DNA of 64,000 nt from Octopus bimaculoides (lineage: Eukaryota): positions 23,063,900 through 23,127,899 of the forward strand of contig NC_069001.1 in assembly GCF_001194135.2 (NCBI RefSeq). The letters are read 5' to 3'. The position numbers were made by a program, and so were the translations under genes. The notes under the pieces were generated by a model. The model was given only the letters and a program-made list of their open reading frames with translations, was not told the DNA's origin and made no database searches. Each line of letters begins with the position of its first letter. Within the stretch, counting starts at the first letter, position 1. Of the stretch, positions 51,261-64,000 are shown piece after piece.

Positions 51261-51302
<42 letters not shown>

Positions 51303-51390
51303 CTTGTATCACCTAACTATCTGGATGTTTTGCGTCCTTGTCCTATTCTGTATTATTTATACGTATATATATAGTGGCGTACTATATATA

Positions 51391-52440
51391 TAGAAATATT
51401 AATTTAAAAGTCAAATTTATAAATTGGACAGTAAAAATTAATACGATAATATACAGTATGGAAGTATAAATATAAAAAGTTAGTGCTAGTACATAAACTA
51501 CGCGCGTTTCATGGCTGAAATAGGACTATATAAAATCATAAGCAAATTCTATCCGAGTTCATTAGAACGGGGAAATGTATTTACTCCCCAAATCAGTCAC
51601 TCTTCGGGTCAAATCCCTAAAATCATTCAAGCAATAAACACAAACAAGAGAAATGAAAATATATATATAAAAAGACAAAATCTGTAAACTAATCCCTACA
51701 TTAGCGGTATTAATATAATTATTAAGAGTTACAATCTAAAAATATTATAGTATTATAGTAAACAAGGTTAAAACATTATGGAATCAGTAGATAATAGTAA
51801 AAAAATGTGTTAGTGTACAAAGTTACTAAAAGACGGATGTCAATATTGTTTATAAAATTAAAATAAGAAAACATGACTTATCTGCCGGCTGGTAATTTAT
51901 ACTAAAAGGTCATGTGATAAATATGGCGTCTATTACCCAGAAGTACATGCGTATTATAATTACTAAAATAATAACGAAAATATCGAAAAAGAAAATCTAC
52001 CTAGAATAAAATATTTAATGAAGATTAATAATACTTAAAACTCTCAGATTTACGCAGAATAATAACTATATCAAAAACGAAAGTTATATATTACTTACAT
52101 AATGTTATGAAACATTGTAAAATACTGTTCATATTATCGTTGAATACTTGAAGTAAAGGTAGTTATATGTTCCAATTTTGTATAATATTGTGATGATTAA
52201 AGTGTATTTCAAAGCTAATTTGATGTATTTTACGATACTGATCATAACTATAAGTTGGTACCTAATACTAGGTTTAAATAAATAAATTAGTTATCTAAAC
52301 TTATTATATAAGTAATTTAATTTATATCTGCATTTAATATTACGTTCCTCGTGGGAGTTAAACAATTCTTTATTGGCTAATAATATCTCTTTAAATTCGT
52401 TAGTACATACCCTACCCCACCCCCTTCGGATTTCTGTGGA
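51391..52440 (-). mobile_element. Penelope-like element 3' end (ORF C-terminus, pseudo-LTR and HHR)
   Basis: Minus strand RVCTNEFKEILLANKELFNSHEERNIKCRYK, resembling the PLE end motif CxxC..EK..I..LNxRxE..xCRH; 51391-51925 is homologous to 145-743. Confidence 0.65.
51494..51613 (-). ncRNA. Hammerhead motif with long stem II insertion (sister of 512-630)
   Basis: TTGAC-CCGAAGA-GTG A CTGA...TCAG C CAT-GAAAC GCGC GTA-GTTT; intact GUA triplet but U4 changed to C. Confidence 0.6.
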
Positions 52441-52592
52441 AAAAATCATTTGTGGTATATTAGGAATTGTGATTAGTTGATAGCATAAGAAAAAAAAAAC
52501 AGGAAAAAAACATTATTTGCCACTGAAATTGAGTTGGGTGTTAAACTATAAATTTACCAAAATTTTTCACAACTAGTAAGTGAAACTACATA

Positions 52593-52779
52593 TTCTTTTA
52601 CTTTTTTGCTTGTCTCAGTCATTTGACTGTGACCATGCTGGAGCACTGCCTTTAGTTCAGCAAATCGATCCCGGGACTTAACCTTTGTAAGTCTAGTACT
52701 TATTCTATCAGTCTCTTTTGCCGAACCACTAAGTTACAGGGACGTAAACACACCAGCATCAGTTGTCAAGTGATGTTGG

Positions 52780-52818
<39 letters not shown>

Positions 52819-52976
52819 CGACGGGCTTCTTTCAGTTTCCGTCTACCAAATCCACTCACAAGGCTTTGCTCGGCCCGAGGCTATAGTAGAAGACACTTGC
52901 CCAAGGTGCCACGCAGTGGGACTGAACCTGGAACCATGTGGTTGGTAAGCAAGCTACTTACCACACAGCCACTCCT
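52593..52976 (-). mobile_element. SINE family A full-length copy
   Basis: Head, core and tail match 25587-25990. Confidence 0.9.
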
Positions 52977-55475
52977 GGCAAAAATTGGAATGAAATTTAA
53001 CAAATCCCAAAGATATTTTTATTTGTTGCATGATGTTACGCTAAAAGGAATACACATAAAAAGCAAATTAATAATTAGAAATTTTTGGAAGATTGTTATA
53101 TACTTACCTTTTTTTGTATAACCTCTATTGTAGAAAACAGTCCTGTCGGTGTTTCTTAACTGTATGGTTCTGTGTGACACCAAATGTCTCCTATTATAGC
53201 CCCATGTGTGTGTGTGCATGTGGCTGTATGTTTGTGCTTGTTCAAAAGCCTGAATGGGTGTCATTGCAAAGAGATTTTCTCTTTTGAACAAAAGATAAGA
53301 AATTTTATCTCACCCACCATCTCTCTCTCTCTCTCACTGTACATACACACACATGCACACGAGTGCGTGTGTAAGTATACAAATATTATAATATACAAAT
53401 ATTATATACATACAATGATACACATACTAGCATAAACATACATTTACACAAATACAAAGATCTCAACCAAACCAAACTACTATGAAAAGTAATTGAACTT
53501 TTAACCTTTGTTTAACCATGTATCTTTGACAGAAATTCCTGTGGCTAAAATATTGAACACTGAATTCTTTTACACACACATTCAGCCTTTTGCTTTTATC
53601 ATTTTTGTCTTATGTTTTGCTTTCTTTAATACACACACACATGCAAAAAATACATTTTATTGAAATAAAAAAGATTCCGCAAAATTAAACATATACAAAG
53701 TATATTTATAGCAACTCACACATGCAAACATACACACACATATACACATACAATTCACCATACACTTAAGCAACCACATACACAGTCTCTCACACACAAA
53801 TATTTTACCCAAACATGTTCATAAACACTACCAAGCATTCACATACACACATGCGTACATACAATTGACCCTTACACTAAAAATACATGCAAGGCTAACC
53901 TAAGCAATTTTGGATGAATGGGTTTATCTTTTGGTATCTTATATTGCTAAAGTGTAGAAGGTATGTTTTTTTAAGGAGCATTTTTATGTAGATTATTTTA
54001 AACTTCAGGTAGAAAACCGTCATGAAATGTTACAGTATAGGATGTGGTCTCCTTGAGCGTGGGGCCCGACTGGGAGCAATCAGTCCAATTGGCTTAAGGC
54101 CGGCCCTGTACATATATATATGTGTGTGTGTGTGTCTTTGTTTTTGCATTTGTGCCACACCACTGCTTCACAACTGGTGTCGGTTTGTTTACATTCCCAT
54201 AGCTTATTAGTTCAGCAAAAGAGCCTGAAAGACAAGCACCTAACTTAAAGTTCTGGGATTGATTTGTTTAACTAAACCCTTCGCAGAAGTGCCCCATCAT
54301 GGCCACAGTCCAATGATTAAAACAAATAAAAGGAAGACATGGTATACTGCAGATGTGTTTTGACATGCACATTGTAAATAAACTTTGTGCAAATAATTTA
54401 ATGCCATGGATGATGAATTATTGAACAGATGGTCATTTCTGGGTTAGAAAACAAAAGTGAAAATATTATAATATACAATCATGTCAAAATTGTTGTCACT
54501 TTTGTTGATTAGGTGTTTGCTTATTTTATCACGAAGAAAAAAAAAATGAAATTGTACGTATAAATTAGCAGAATGGCATCAACAGCTATTTGCTGAATAT
54601 ACTAAGACTAAAAATACAAATGAAATAGGTGTGGGACTGGCTGTGTGGTAAGAAGCTTGATTCCCAATTACAAGACTCTGGGTTCAGTCCCACTGTGTGG
54701 CACCTTGGGCAAGTGTCTTCTAATATAGCTTCAGGCCGGTCAAAGCCTTGTGAGTGGATTTGGCAGATGGAACCTGAAAGCAGCCCGTTGTATATATATA
54801 TATATACATGTATATATATATATATATAGGGGGGGGGTGTCTCACATCACCCGATAACTTAGCAGTTTGACAAAAGAGACTGATAGAATAAGTACCAGGG
54901 TTAACAAAAAAATAATTACTGGAGTCAATTCAACTAAAAATTCTTCAAGGTGGTGCCCCAGCANNNNNNNNNNNNNNNNNNNNNNNNNNNNNNNNNNNNN
55001 NNNNNTAAAAATGTAATTCAAAGTAAAATTTCATTCTAACTAAATGGAAAAGTAAATATTGAAACTGCATAAAAATATCAAATACGAAGAATTTAGTAAA
55101 AAATGCTGTCAAAAAATAAAGTTTCTTTAAAAATTTCTGCAGAAGAATCAGACTTTTGGGGGTAAAAGCCACTTGTGTTTCAACAATTTTTCAGTAAAAC
55201 CCTAAAGAATTTGCAGACAAAGAAAATCTGAGGTTGTTCCAGGGTTTTTCATGTAAATTTCAGAGAAAATAACATAAAAAATATAATTTTTTTCTTTCAA
55301 ATTTATGCTGAAGAACAACAAGACTTTAAAAAAATGTGTGTATTTCAAAGATTTTTGAATTTTTTTTTTTTTTTGGTAAAATGCTGAAGTAGAAGTAGAC
55401 AAAGAAATTCAGTTGTTATTTGGAAATTTAAAAGTAAAATTTGCATTTCACTATAAGCAAATTATAATAATGATG

Positions 55476-55524
<49 letters not shown>

Positions 55525-55529
<5 letters not shown>

Positions 55530-56018
55530 GTTTTAAATTGTTCCCCAAGGGCAGCAATTTTGTAGGTGGGGATAAATCAATTACATCGACTCCATTGCTC
55601 AAATGGTACTTATTTTATCGATCCCAAAAGGATGAAAAGCAAAGTCAACCTTGGCAGATTTTGAACTCTGAATGTAGTGGTGGGCAAAATACTGCTAAGC
55701 ATTTCATCCAGTGAGCTAATGATATCTGCCAGCTCACTGCCTTCTAATAATAATAATAATATTTTTTTCTACTCTAGGTACAAGGCCTAATAATGATTAT
55801 TATTATTATTTCAAATTTTTTTGCTACAAGGGCAGTTTGGGGGAGATGGGGATGAATCAATTACATTGACTCCAATGTTCAACTGGTACTTATTTTATCG
55901 ACCCCGAAAGGATGAAAGGCAAAGTTGACCTCGGAGGAATTTGAACTCAGAAGGTAGTGATGGGCAAAATACCACTAAGCATTTCATCCAGCATGCTAAC
56001 GATTCTGCCAGCTCACTG
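55525..56018 (-). mobile_element. Two tandem SINE family B copies among (TAA)n tracts
   Basis: GGTACTTATTTTATCGA(T/C)CCC(A/G)AAAGGATGAAA core at about 55605 and 55885. Confidence 0.85.
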
Positions 56019-56044
56019 TTTTAATAATGATAATAGTAGTAGTA

Positions 56045-56103
<59 letters not shown>

Positions 56104-56914
56104 TTGACCATAATGAAGTATATATTCATAAAAAATACTGTCAAAGAACCTGAAGTGTTTTAAACATATATGAATGGCACAGGAATTGTACATTTTGGAA
56201 TTCCTCGCAGAGTACAAAGAATATGGTCTTTTGCTTATCAGGGAATTTCCTAGCTGATAAAAAGAGCACAGTCTCTTGCATATCACAGGTTTTCTAAGAC
56301 TGGAGTTCAATTCCATTGCTTTGTATAAAGGTTTCAACAGTTAGATATATTTAGGTGAAATCAGGATTTACTTGAAAAAGATTAATTGTTCAAGTGTGAT
56401 TCTGCTACTTGATTTATTTAAATGAGCATAACAATTGTTATTTCAATTGAATTCAGTCTCTTTCTTGAGGACCAGAAGTCAGTTTCTTTGGACTCATGAA
56501 CTACTCTGCTGCATCAGAATTCATTTAACTGCTGAAGTGTAAACATTTTAGCTTTTCTTCCCAGTGTTTTCCTAAGTATTTAGTTAGCACAATATGAGTA
56601 GACAAACGAATTTAAGAACTGCTTTGGCACAAACTGTTTCAAAAGCTCTGTATCCTATCACTATGCATCTCACTTGTAAATTTCGGTTTTGATTGGGTTT
56701 TGATGGCTGTTTCTATTTCCTAATACCTACCACTTCAGAGTGTGTACTGGGTACATTGTATATGTTACCAGGGCTAAGGAGTTTGTCATTCCTTTGACAA
56801 GACTAAAACAACATCTTGATTCCACACCTTGTGTGTGTGTGTGTGTGTTCAGCAGTATTACTGCCAAACAGTGTTTACGGATAAGCAAATTTTAGGTTTG
56901 CTTATATACATACA

Positions 56915-56956
<42 letters not shown>

Positions 56957-56963
56957 TATATAT

Positions 56964-59680
56964 ACTAGCAGAAATACCCGACATTGCCCGGGTTAAAGAA
57001 AATAATGAAATTTTAAAACGCCTTTTATATCTCTAACATGAAACATAGACTACGCAGGTCTTATCTCCTAGTAGTAGAGATAGCAACTTTATACATTAAT
57101 AATCCGGCGTTTCCCAGGTTATTGAAAATAATGAAATTTAAGTATATCTTTTAAATCTCTAAGTAAAATGAAACATGGATTATGCAGTTCTCAACAGTAA
57201 TTAACTAAGGTACAACTATTAATGTCAATAACATTAAAAAAAACAGGTAGTTCTTTGTTCTTTGTCTTTGCAATCACCTTTAATTGTCAGTACTGATTTG
57301 AAACACGTTGAACCTGAAAATGCATAGATTTGAAAAGAACCAGCCTGCAAGTGCTCCCCTCCTGTTAATAAGTACATTTAACAAAAATTCTATCAGATGA
57401 TGTGTGTATAAACAAATGTATCAAAACAAATCCAGAAATCAATCACAGTTTAATTATCTAGAGCTTCTAAATATAAGACGTTTTGAGTGTGTCCTTTATT
57501 TGGTGCATACATGGAAAGATTTTGGGGATTTCCAACTCATGAACATCCTACATGAGAGAAGCAAGGTGAAGTCCAACAACCTTGAGAGACTGTCCTTGAG
57601 ACTTGTTTATTGACAAAGTGAAATTTAGTTTCACTGGGAACAGGAACCATTTAGGATGGGTGGGGAGAATTGTCGGAAAATTCACTGGAGTCCACTTCAA
57701 TTCGTCCTAACTTTCAGGAAAATGGATATTTTTTAATGAAATTGTCTACAAATATACTTTCGGCTGTGCAGATTCCAAGCATACAAGATTTTTGGGGAAA
57801 ACAATTGGGAGTTATTTATCCAAACTGCTCCCCACTGGGGGTGAAGTCAGAACAAGTCGTCCATGTTTGTTTCAGTTTCTTGGTTTTGTGTGTTTGTGCA
57901 GATGTATATAACCTTTAACCCTAGTCGTAAAATTTCAGGAAAAAAAAATTGAAAAGTCAAGGAAGGGGATGTTTTAAAAAGTGTAAAAGTAGATTTTTTT
58001 CATATTCAGAATCTCCGTGAAAAAAAAACCCGTATGTAGCAGTTAAGTCATCTTAATAACATATATCTGTGTACCAGACATTTAGCTGTTATTTTTAGCA
58101 TGAGTCTTCTGGTGAGAGCTTCATTTGCCTTCATTGCCTGTTGCTTCAGTAGAAATCTACGGATGCACAAGCGCACGAAACAGACAAAATGTGACAAATA
58201 TGGACGACTTGTTCTGCCCCCCCCCTAATGTGGAACAGTTCTCAAAATTAACCCCCAGCTGTTTTCCTCCCAGATTCCTATATGCTCAGAATCTACATAG
58301 TCTGAGGTACATTTGTAGACGATTTCATTAGAAAATATATACATCTTCCTAAATGTTAAGCGAATTGAAGTAGACTCCGGTGAATTTTCCGAAAACCCTC
58401 CTCCACCCTTCCTACCCCCCCCCCCCCAAAAAAAATTGGTTAATGTTTACATCTTGACCCGGAAATGAAAATCCCCAAAATATACTGGAATGGGTGTAAA
58501 ACAATGTGCAGGAAACGAATATGAAACAAAAAAAAAGTGTGCAAAGCAACGGAAGGGTGGAGAGAGGACTTAGGAAAATTCACAAGATCCGAGCTTTTCC
58601 ATCGTGACTTTTAGGAAAATGGGCTTTTTTCAATGAAATTTTATAGAAATACCTTTCAAACGGCAAACATTACAATTATAAAGTAATTTGTGGGAAAATC
58701 TTTTCCAATTCACAAAAATCCGAGTTTTTCCCTCTTAACTGTATATATATATATATATATATATATAGATGGGTATGTGTGTATGTGTATAGTGTATGTG
58801 TATAGTGTATGTGTGTGTGTATATATAAACATATATATATATGTATACATATATATATGCATGTATATAATATCTCTCTCTCTAGAGAGAGAGAGTGAGA
58901 GAGAGAAAGAGAATGAGCGAGAAAGTAATAAGGAGTGGATGAGAATAACAATGAAGGGTAAAAATAATTGAAAATGAAACAAAATTGAAGCCAAGACACT
59001 AATAATTATTGAGAGTGGGTAGAAATAAACACTATGTAGTGTAGTAGTACTACAGTAGGGTATCTGTAGAAAGTTAAATGTGATTTTGGAATATAACGAG
59101 GAAAAATTCGGATCTTGGGAATTTTCCGAAAGTCCTCACTCCACCTCAAGATTTTCCCCACAAATTACATTATAGTCGTAATGTATGCCGTTTCAAAGGT
59201 ATTTATATAAAATTTCATGAAAAAAACCTCCTATTTTTCTAAAAGTTACTAGGGAAAAACTCAGATTTTGTGAATTTTCCGAAGTCCTCTCCCCACTCCA
59301 TTGGAAAAGATTTTCCCTACAAATTACTTTATAATCGTAATGTATGCCGTTTGAAAGGTATTTCTATAAAGTTTCATTGAAAAAAAAAACCCCATTTTCC
59401 TAAAAGTTACGAGGGAAAAGCTTGGATCTTGTGAATTTTCCTAAGTCATCTCCCCACCCACCTGTTGCTTTGTGTGCATTTTCATTTTTCGTATTCGTTT
59501 CCTACACATTGTTTTACACTCATTTCCAGTATATTTTGGGGGATTTTCATTTCCGGGTCAAGATGTAAACATTAACAAAAAATTTGTATATTTGGAATCT
59601 ACATGATATAACATATTCATAGAAAATTTCATTAAAAAATATCGATTTTTCTGAAAGTTATGATTATCCAAAGATGGGAT
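56964..59680. mobile_element. Helitron-like start followed by a modular inverted-repeat (foldback) complex
   Basis: ACTAGCAGAAATACCCGACATTGCCCGGG start, duplicated about 130 bp later. A 100-170 bp module (GGAAAATTCAC...CAGGAAAATG..TTTTTTAATGAAATT) recurs at least 6 times in both orientations. Confidence 0.5.
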
Positions 59681-60539
59681 GGGAGGCAGCAAAAATCTGT
59701 AGTTATGCCCTGTTGACAACTGATCAATGAAATGAAATCGCTGTATGAATTTTTTTTTCTCACACACACACTCATATAGGTATATATCTTACACAAATAG
59801 AAAACCGGAGAAGAATATAAAAAATGAAAGTACCTTTAAAAATTCTTTTTTCTGTCAGAAATCGTCACAACTGTAATGATGTATACATACGTGTGTGTGT
59901 AAATAGCTGGTTAGGACACCAAAGACAGGAAGTTCAAACACAGGAAGTTGAGAAAACGATTTGAAGATGTGAGTCTTTATGTATAAAGCAATATTTATTT
60001 TCAATAAAAAAAAGTAATAAATAGAAACCGTATTATTCTTTTCAAGGTCAAATTATTGATGTGCCCCAAGTATGGTACAGATTGATTCAGTGGTTTGAGC
60101 GTACATTGAAGAGACACACACAGACAGGGTATTTTATGTATTAAGACATTCATACATATATATGCAAATATATATAGTCTATCTTTCAAATTGTTTCAGT
60201 CTTTTGACTGTGGTCATGCTGTGGTCACACCTTGAAAAAATTTAGTTGAATAAATTGACCCAATGCTTGTTATTTTCTTTTTAAATCCTGGTACTTATTC
60301 TATCAGTTTCTTTTGCTGAACTACTAGGTTACGGGGATGTGAATGCACCAGCACCAGTTGACAAGCAGTGGTGGGGAACACACACACACACACACAGAAC
60401 TGGCCTCATTCAGTATCTGTCTAATAGATCTTCTCACAAGTCTTTGGTCAGCCCGAGGCTAAAATAGGTTTTTGTTCCCAAGGTACCACACAGTGGTTGA
60501 GAAGCAAATTTCTTACCACACGGTCACACCAGGAGTTCA

Positions 60540-61430
60540 GATGTTTGGCACAAACCTTAGTTGTGTCAATTGTTTAGATAATATTTTAAACCTATAACCC
60601 AGCAGTTTTAGGCAAAATCATAAGTGTAACAAAGATTATTCTATATTAATAAGGATTCCATTCACCCTCTCTGTATACATTAAGAACATAGTTTATAACA
60701 TAAATAAATGACACTCCTTGTCAGCAGATGAGTTATCTTTTAAGGAGGCCTCTTTGAACTACAATAACACTCTTAGGAATAGCATATTTCCCAAGCAAGT
60801 TCATTATGTAGGTAGTGAAAATAACCCTATGCAATTTTGCTGAACTAAGACTAGAAAAGTTTTGTGGTTCAATCTTGTATTGATATGAACATCAAGACTA
60901 ATGTAGCTAAAGAATTTTTAACTTTAATACGTAGGCATTTTCTGAGGAACCATAAGTATTATGAAATCTTTAACAGAAGAACCTTGAAAGGTAGCTAATT
61001 TGGCAGCAAAATGTTTGCTTCATTTGTTCACCAATCCCTTGTAAGTGTACTTGAGAAGTTAGATGGTCATGATGACAGTCTTAAGTGTAATTGTAAAGAT
61101 CCTCATAGCTGTCTCTCATACACCAAAGCCAAGCAAAACAGCTTCAAGATAAGATTTTATCTACACAAAAATTCATTTAAATATCCAGAAAACAGGTCAT
61201 CAACAATTTTGTCCAAGCATGTATGGCAATTAAAAGAAACTGGTTCAGCATTTCTCCAATGGGCTATTCTAGAAATGCAAGCCTATGTAGGCATAGGTTC
61301 TACCACTATTTTATGAAATGCCTGGTATGCTAAAGTGAAAAATATCTTATCCTATTTCAAGACAAATTGGCTTTCAACCACAAGTCTGAACTACTGAACT
61401 ATTGTTGGCATTTTCCAGTTTATTTCCAAA
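60540..61430 (+). pseudogene. Penelope-like element ORF remnant (RT thumb and GIY-YIG endonuclease region)
   Basis: INKDSIHP..KNIVYNINK, RKVLWFN..NIKTNVAKEFL, KCNCK, FKIRFYLHKNSFKYP..STILSKHVWQLK, CLVC*SEKYLIL..NHKSELLNYCWH. Confidence 0.8.
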
Positions 61431-62417
61431 CCTTTACTACCAAATGATTAATATATTAACCTAAACGTTACCACTTTTTACTGTTTTTATTCGAACTTTG
61501 AATTTATTGGATGCATTTTTAATAATTTTATAATCTTTAATGGTTTCCTTCCAAGTATCACATTTCATCTATATAATTTTATATAAACACAGAGTGATAT
61601 ATAAATATATAATTATATATAGTTTATATAAATGTATAATTTTGTAAGTGTTTTTGATTTTATCCTTTCATCTTTTAATACAAACTTTTATTGATCAAAA
61701 TACAAATTGAACACACATTTTTTTATATTATTCTATTTTATTATTCATCATTCTAAAATTTATTACACTTACCTTAAATTAAGTGGATTGATTTTTTTTG
61801 ACACGTCCCTATACATATATTTTTTCCATATCATTACATATTCAAAATTTAATTTCAGCTCATCTATTTCAGTTGTCATTTTTTTCTGTCTGTGCATCCA
61901 TGATTTTATCTTTATCTCTTTTTTACATTTAAATCCCTATTTATTGCATGCTTACTAAAACTTCCACTCCATCCTTGCGCTTTTGTCTATTCATATTTTC
62001 TAGGAGTTGTCAGTTATAGCTATTTGTATCTTTTAACCTGATTCCCATCTTCTCTCAGTTTTGTTTTACCATGTCCTTTTCGTTTTTCTTTTCCCTTTCC
62101 CTTTTCTTCCCCTTTCTTTCTCCCTATTTTTAAGCTTCTATGCATTTTTTCTTTCTTCCAAATCTGCAACTCCATCTTTATAGTATGTTTATGGATTATT
62201 TATCTTCGCTTTTACTTTCTGTTTTTCATGATAATCATTTGCCCTTGTCTTAGTTTCTTTCTTTTAATTTTATCACTTTCAGCAAGTTTTAATGCATAAA
62301 AAGACTTTATCATCACTGTTTCTATGTGTTTGTATATATATATAGATGTATATATAAATACATACATATATATATATATATATATAACCTCCTAAACACA
62401 CACACACACACATGCAT

Positions 62418-62531
62418 TAAAAAGGAGGAGGTGGTCAGGATTCTGGATAATTTTATGTTAGCGCGTTCATTCATTAACCAAATGAAAGCGCTAATAAAGA
62501 ATTATCCAAAATTCTGACTGCTTCCTTTTAC
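62418..62531. repeat. Imperfect 114-nt hairpin formed by two inverted PLE-type half-hammerhead ends
   Basis: TAAAAAGG/CCTTTTTA, GTCAGGA/TTCTGAC, GGATAATT/AATTATCC, TTAGCGC/GCGCTAA and TTCATT/AATGAA pair; 9-nt loop. Confidence 0.7.
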
Positions 62532-62623
62532 TTAATATACAATATTTGTACGCCACTTCAAACACTCTATACAAGCATATATATATATATATATATCGGT
62601 ACCTTGTTGTACCACTCTTATGA

Positions 62624-62684
<61 letters not shown>

Positions 62685-62922
62685 TAGATAGATAGATGAA
62701 CATTTGTTCATTTTCTTTAAATGTTTTGTCTGCGCTTGCCTTACTTGGATGTGGTTTATTAGGAAGATCAACTTACAGCTGGATGCATTTGCTATAACAA
62801 GCCCTTATCTGATTTGCACTAAATGTTTATATGCCTGTTGAATATTCATCCATTTACATGCTAAATCAATGAGCTGGTAAATCCTCATTATCCTTACAAG
62901 CAAGCATTCAATCGCACAAACA

Positions 62923-62970
<48 letters not shown>

Positions 62971-63124
62971 AGTAAAACGTTGGAATTTATATATCATATT
63001 TAATTCGTTAATTATGCATGTTTCAACACTACATGTAATATACATTATATGAATACAGATATTAATATTAATAAATTTATAATATAATAATATACTTCTT
63101 TCTACTATACACACAAATGCCAAA

Positions 63125-63305
63125 ATTTTGAGTGAGGGGACTAGTTGATTACATTGATGCCAGTGCTCAACTGCTGTTTATTTTTTTTTTTACCCCCAAA
63201 ACATAAAAAGTAAAGTTGCCTTCTGCGGAATTTGAACTCAGAACCTAAAGATGAGCAAAAAGCCACTACATATTTCTCTGGCATACTAACAATTTTGCAA
63301 GCTCA
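63125..63305 (-). mobile_element. Decayed SINE family B copy
   Basis: GCGGAATTTGAACTCAGAAC motif. Confidence 0.6.
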
Positions 63306-63569
63306 CCACCTTATAATTTTATAGTATATTATTTTTAATGTAAACCAAGTGCATTTCTTCATAGTCTCAAAGCTAATCCACCTGAGCATCCACCTGAGAC
63401 ATTTTAATCCCTTTTTATCTGATATATATATGCTGTGTGTGTGTTTGTATATACGTGTGTGCATGTGTGTGTGTGTACATACATGCAAGCATACATATAT
63501 ATATATATACTTACATATACACACACACACACATATGTTTCTTTTGGTATATGTATATGTGTATCTTTG

Positions 63570-63619
<50 letters not shown>

Positions 63620-63624
63620 AAAGG

Positions 63625-64000
63625 TTAAAGAGGAACACACAAGTAGATATATATGGAAAAAAGACAAAGTAGAAAATGCTAAAATACTTTTATAAAGAAC
63701 ATTACAGAACCGGTTTCGATCCTTGAGATCTTTTCAACAGTAAATATGAATAATAGATTTTTGAAAAACTATTGAAAAATTAAATTTTGGTAAATTTAAA
63801 AGAAAAGTCTTTTTAAAGACATATTCGTATAGTATTCAAGTAACAGCAGCATTTTTCTTGTTTCTGTGTCTCTGTTTCACTTGTTAACTCTTGTGGATTC
63901 GAAGAAGGAGTGCTATGATAGTAGCAGTGTTAATTGGTTGGGTGTCCTGACATTGACCTGTTGGACACCCAACCATTTAACACGCTGCTACTATAGATCG
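63625..64000 (-). mobile_element. Probable PLE-type end with a hammerhead-like motif at 63701-63745
   Basis: CTGTTGA-AAA-GATC TCAAG GATC-GAAA-CCGG-TT; stem I is poor. Confidence 0.35.

Noticed and set aside
145-51925. 600-bp inverted repeats 51 kb apart as the TIRs of a giant transposon or an inversion
   Set aside because: The copies are diverged with indels, show no TSD, and each is explained as an independent PLE 3' end.
3144-63672. Many ORFs rich in YI, CV, HT, LS, poly-H/M/D/N or X in the ORF track
   Set aside because: They are translations of TA, TG, TCTA, CAT and TAA microsatellites, SINE bodies or N gaps, not genes.
1-64000. CRISPR arrays, rRNA or prokaryotic operons
   Set aside because: There is no repeat-spacer periodicity, rRNA motif or dense coding; the sequence is eukaryotic repeat-rich DNA.

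Overview
AT-rich, microsatellite-dense animal genomic DNA with six N gaps. The SINE families and repeat style suggest an octopus or other coleoid cephalopod (inference from recalled repeat families, not searched). No intact protein-coding gene can be supported. The window is mostly a graveyard of transposable elements: three tRNA-derived SINE families in many copies; RTE, R4/Dong-like and CR1/Jockey-like LINE fragments; two mariner remnants; decayed piggyBac and hAT (KIAA1586/ZNF862-like) transposases; MITEs; and several Penelope-like element (PLE) ends plus one PLE ORF remnant. The main signal is a dense set of minimal type I hammerhead ribozyme (HHR) motifs in at least six unrelated PLE-type repeats. 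Between them they use three different complementary pairs at core positions 3 and 8 (C3:G8, U3:A8, G3:C8), and several sit in insertions carrying an inverted copy of their own 3' tail. One family joins a tRNA-derived Pol III head to an HHR-bearing PLE-type tail (5458-5770 and 49202-49463; the latter lies in a composite insertion with a 12-bp TSD), so it is a candidate PLE-mobilised, ribozyme-bearing SINE. A few phase-compatible minus-strand exon candidates may belong to an unidentified host gene (low confidence).
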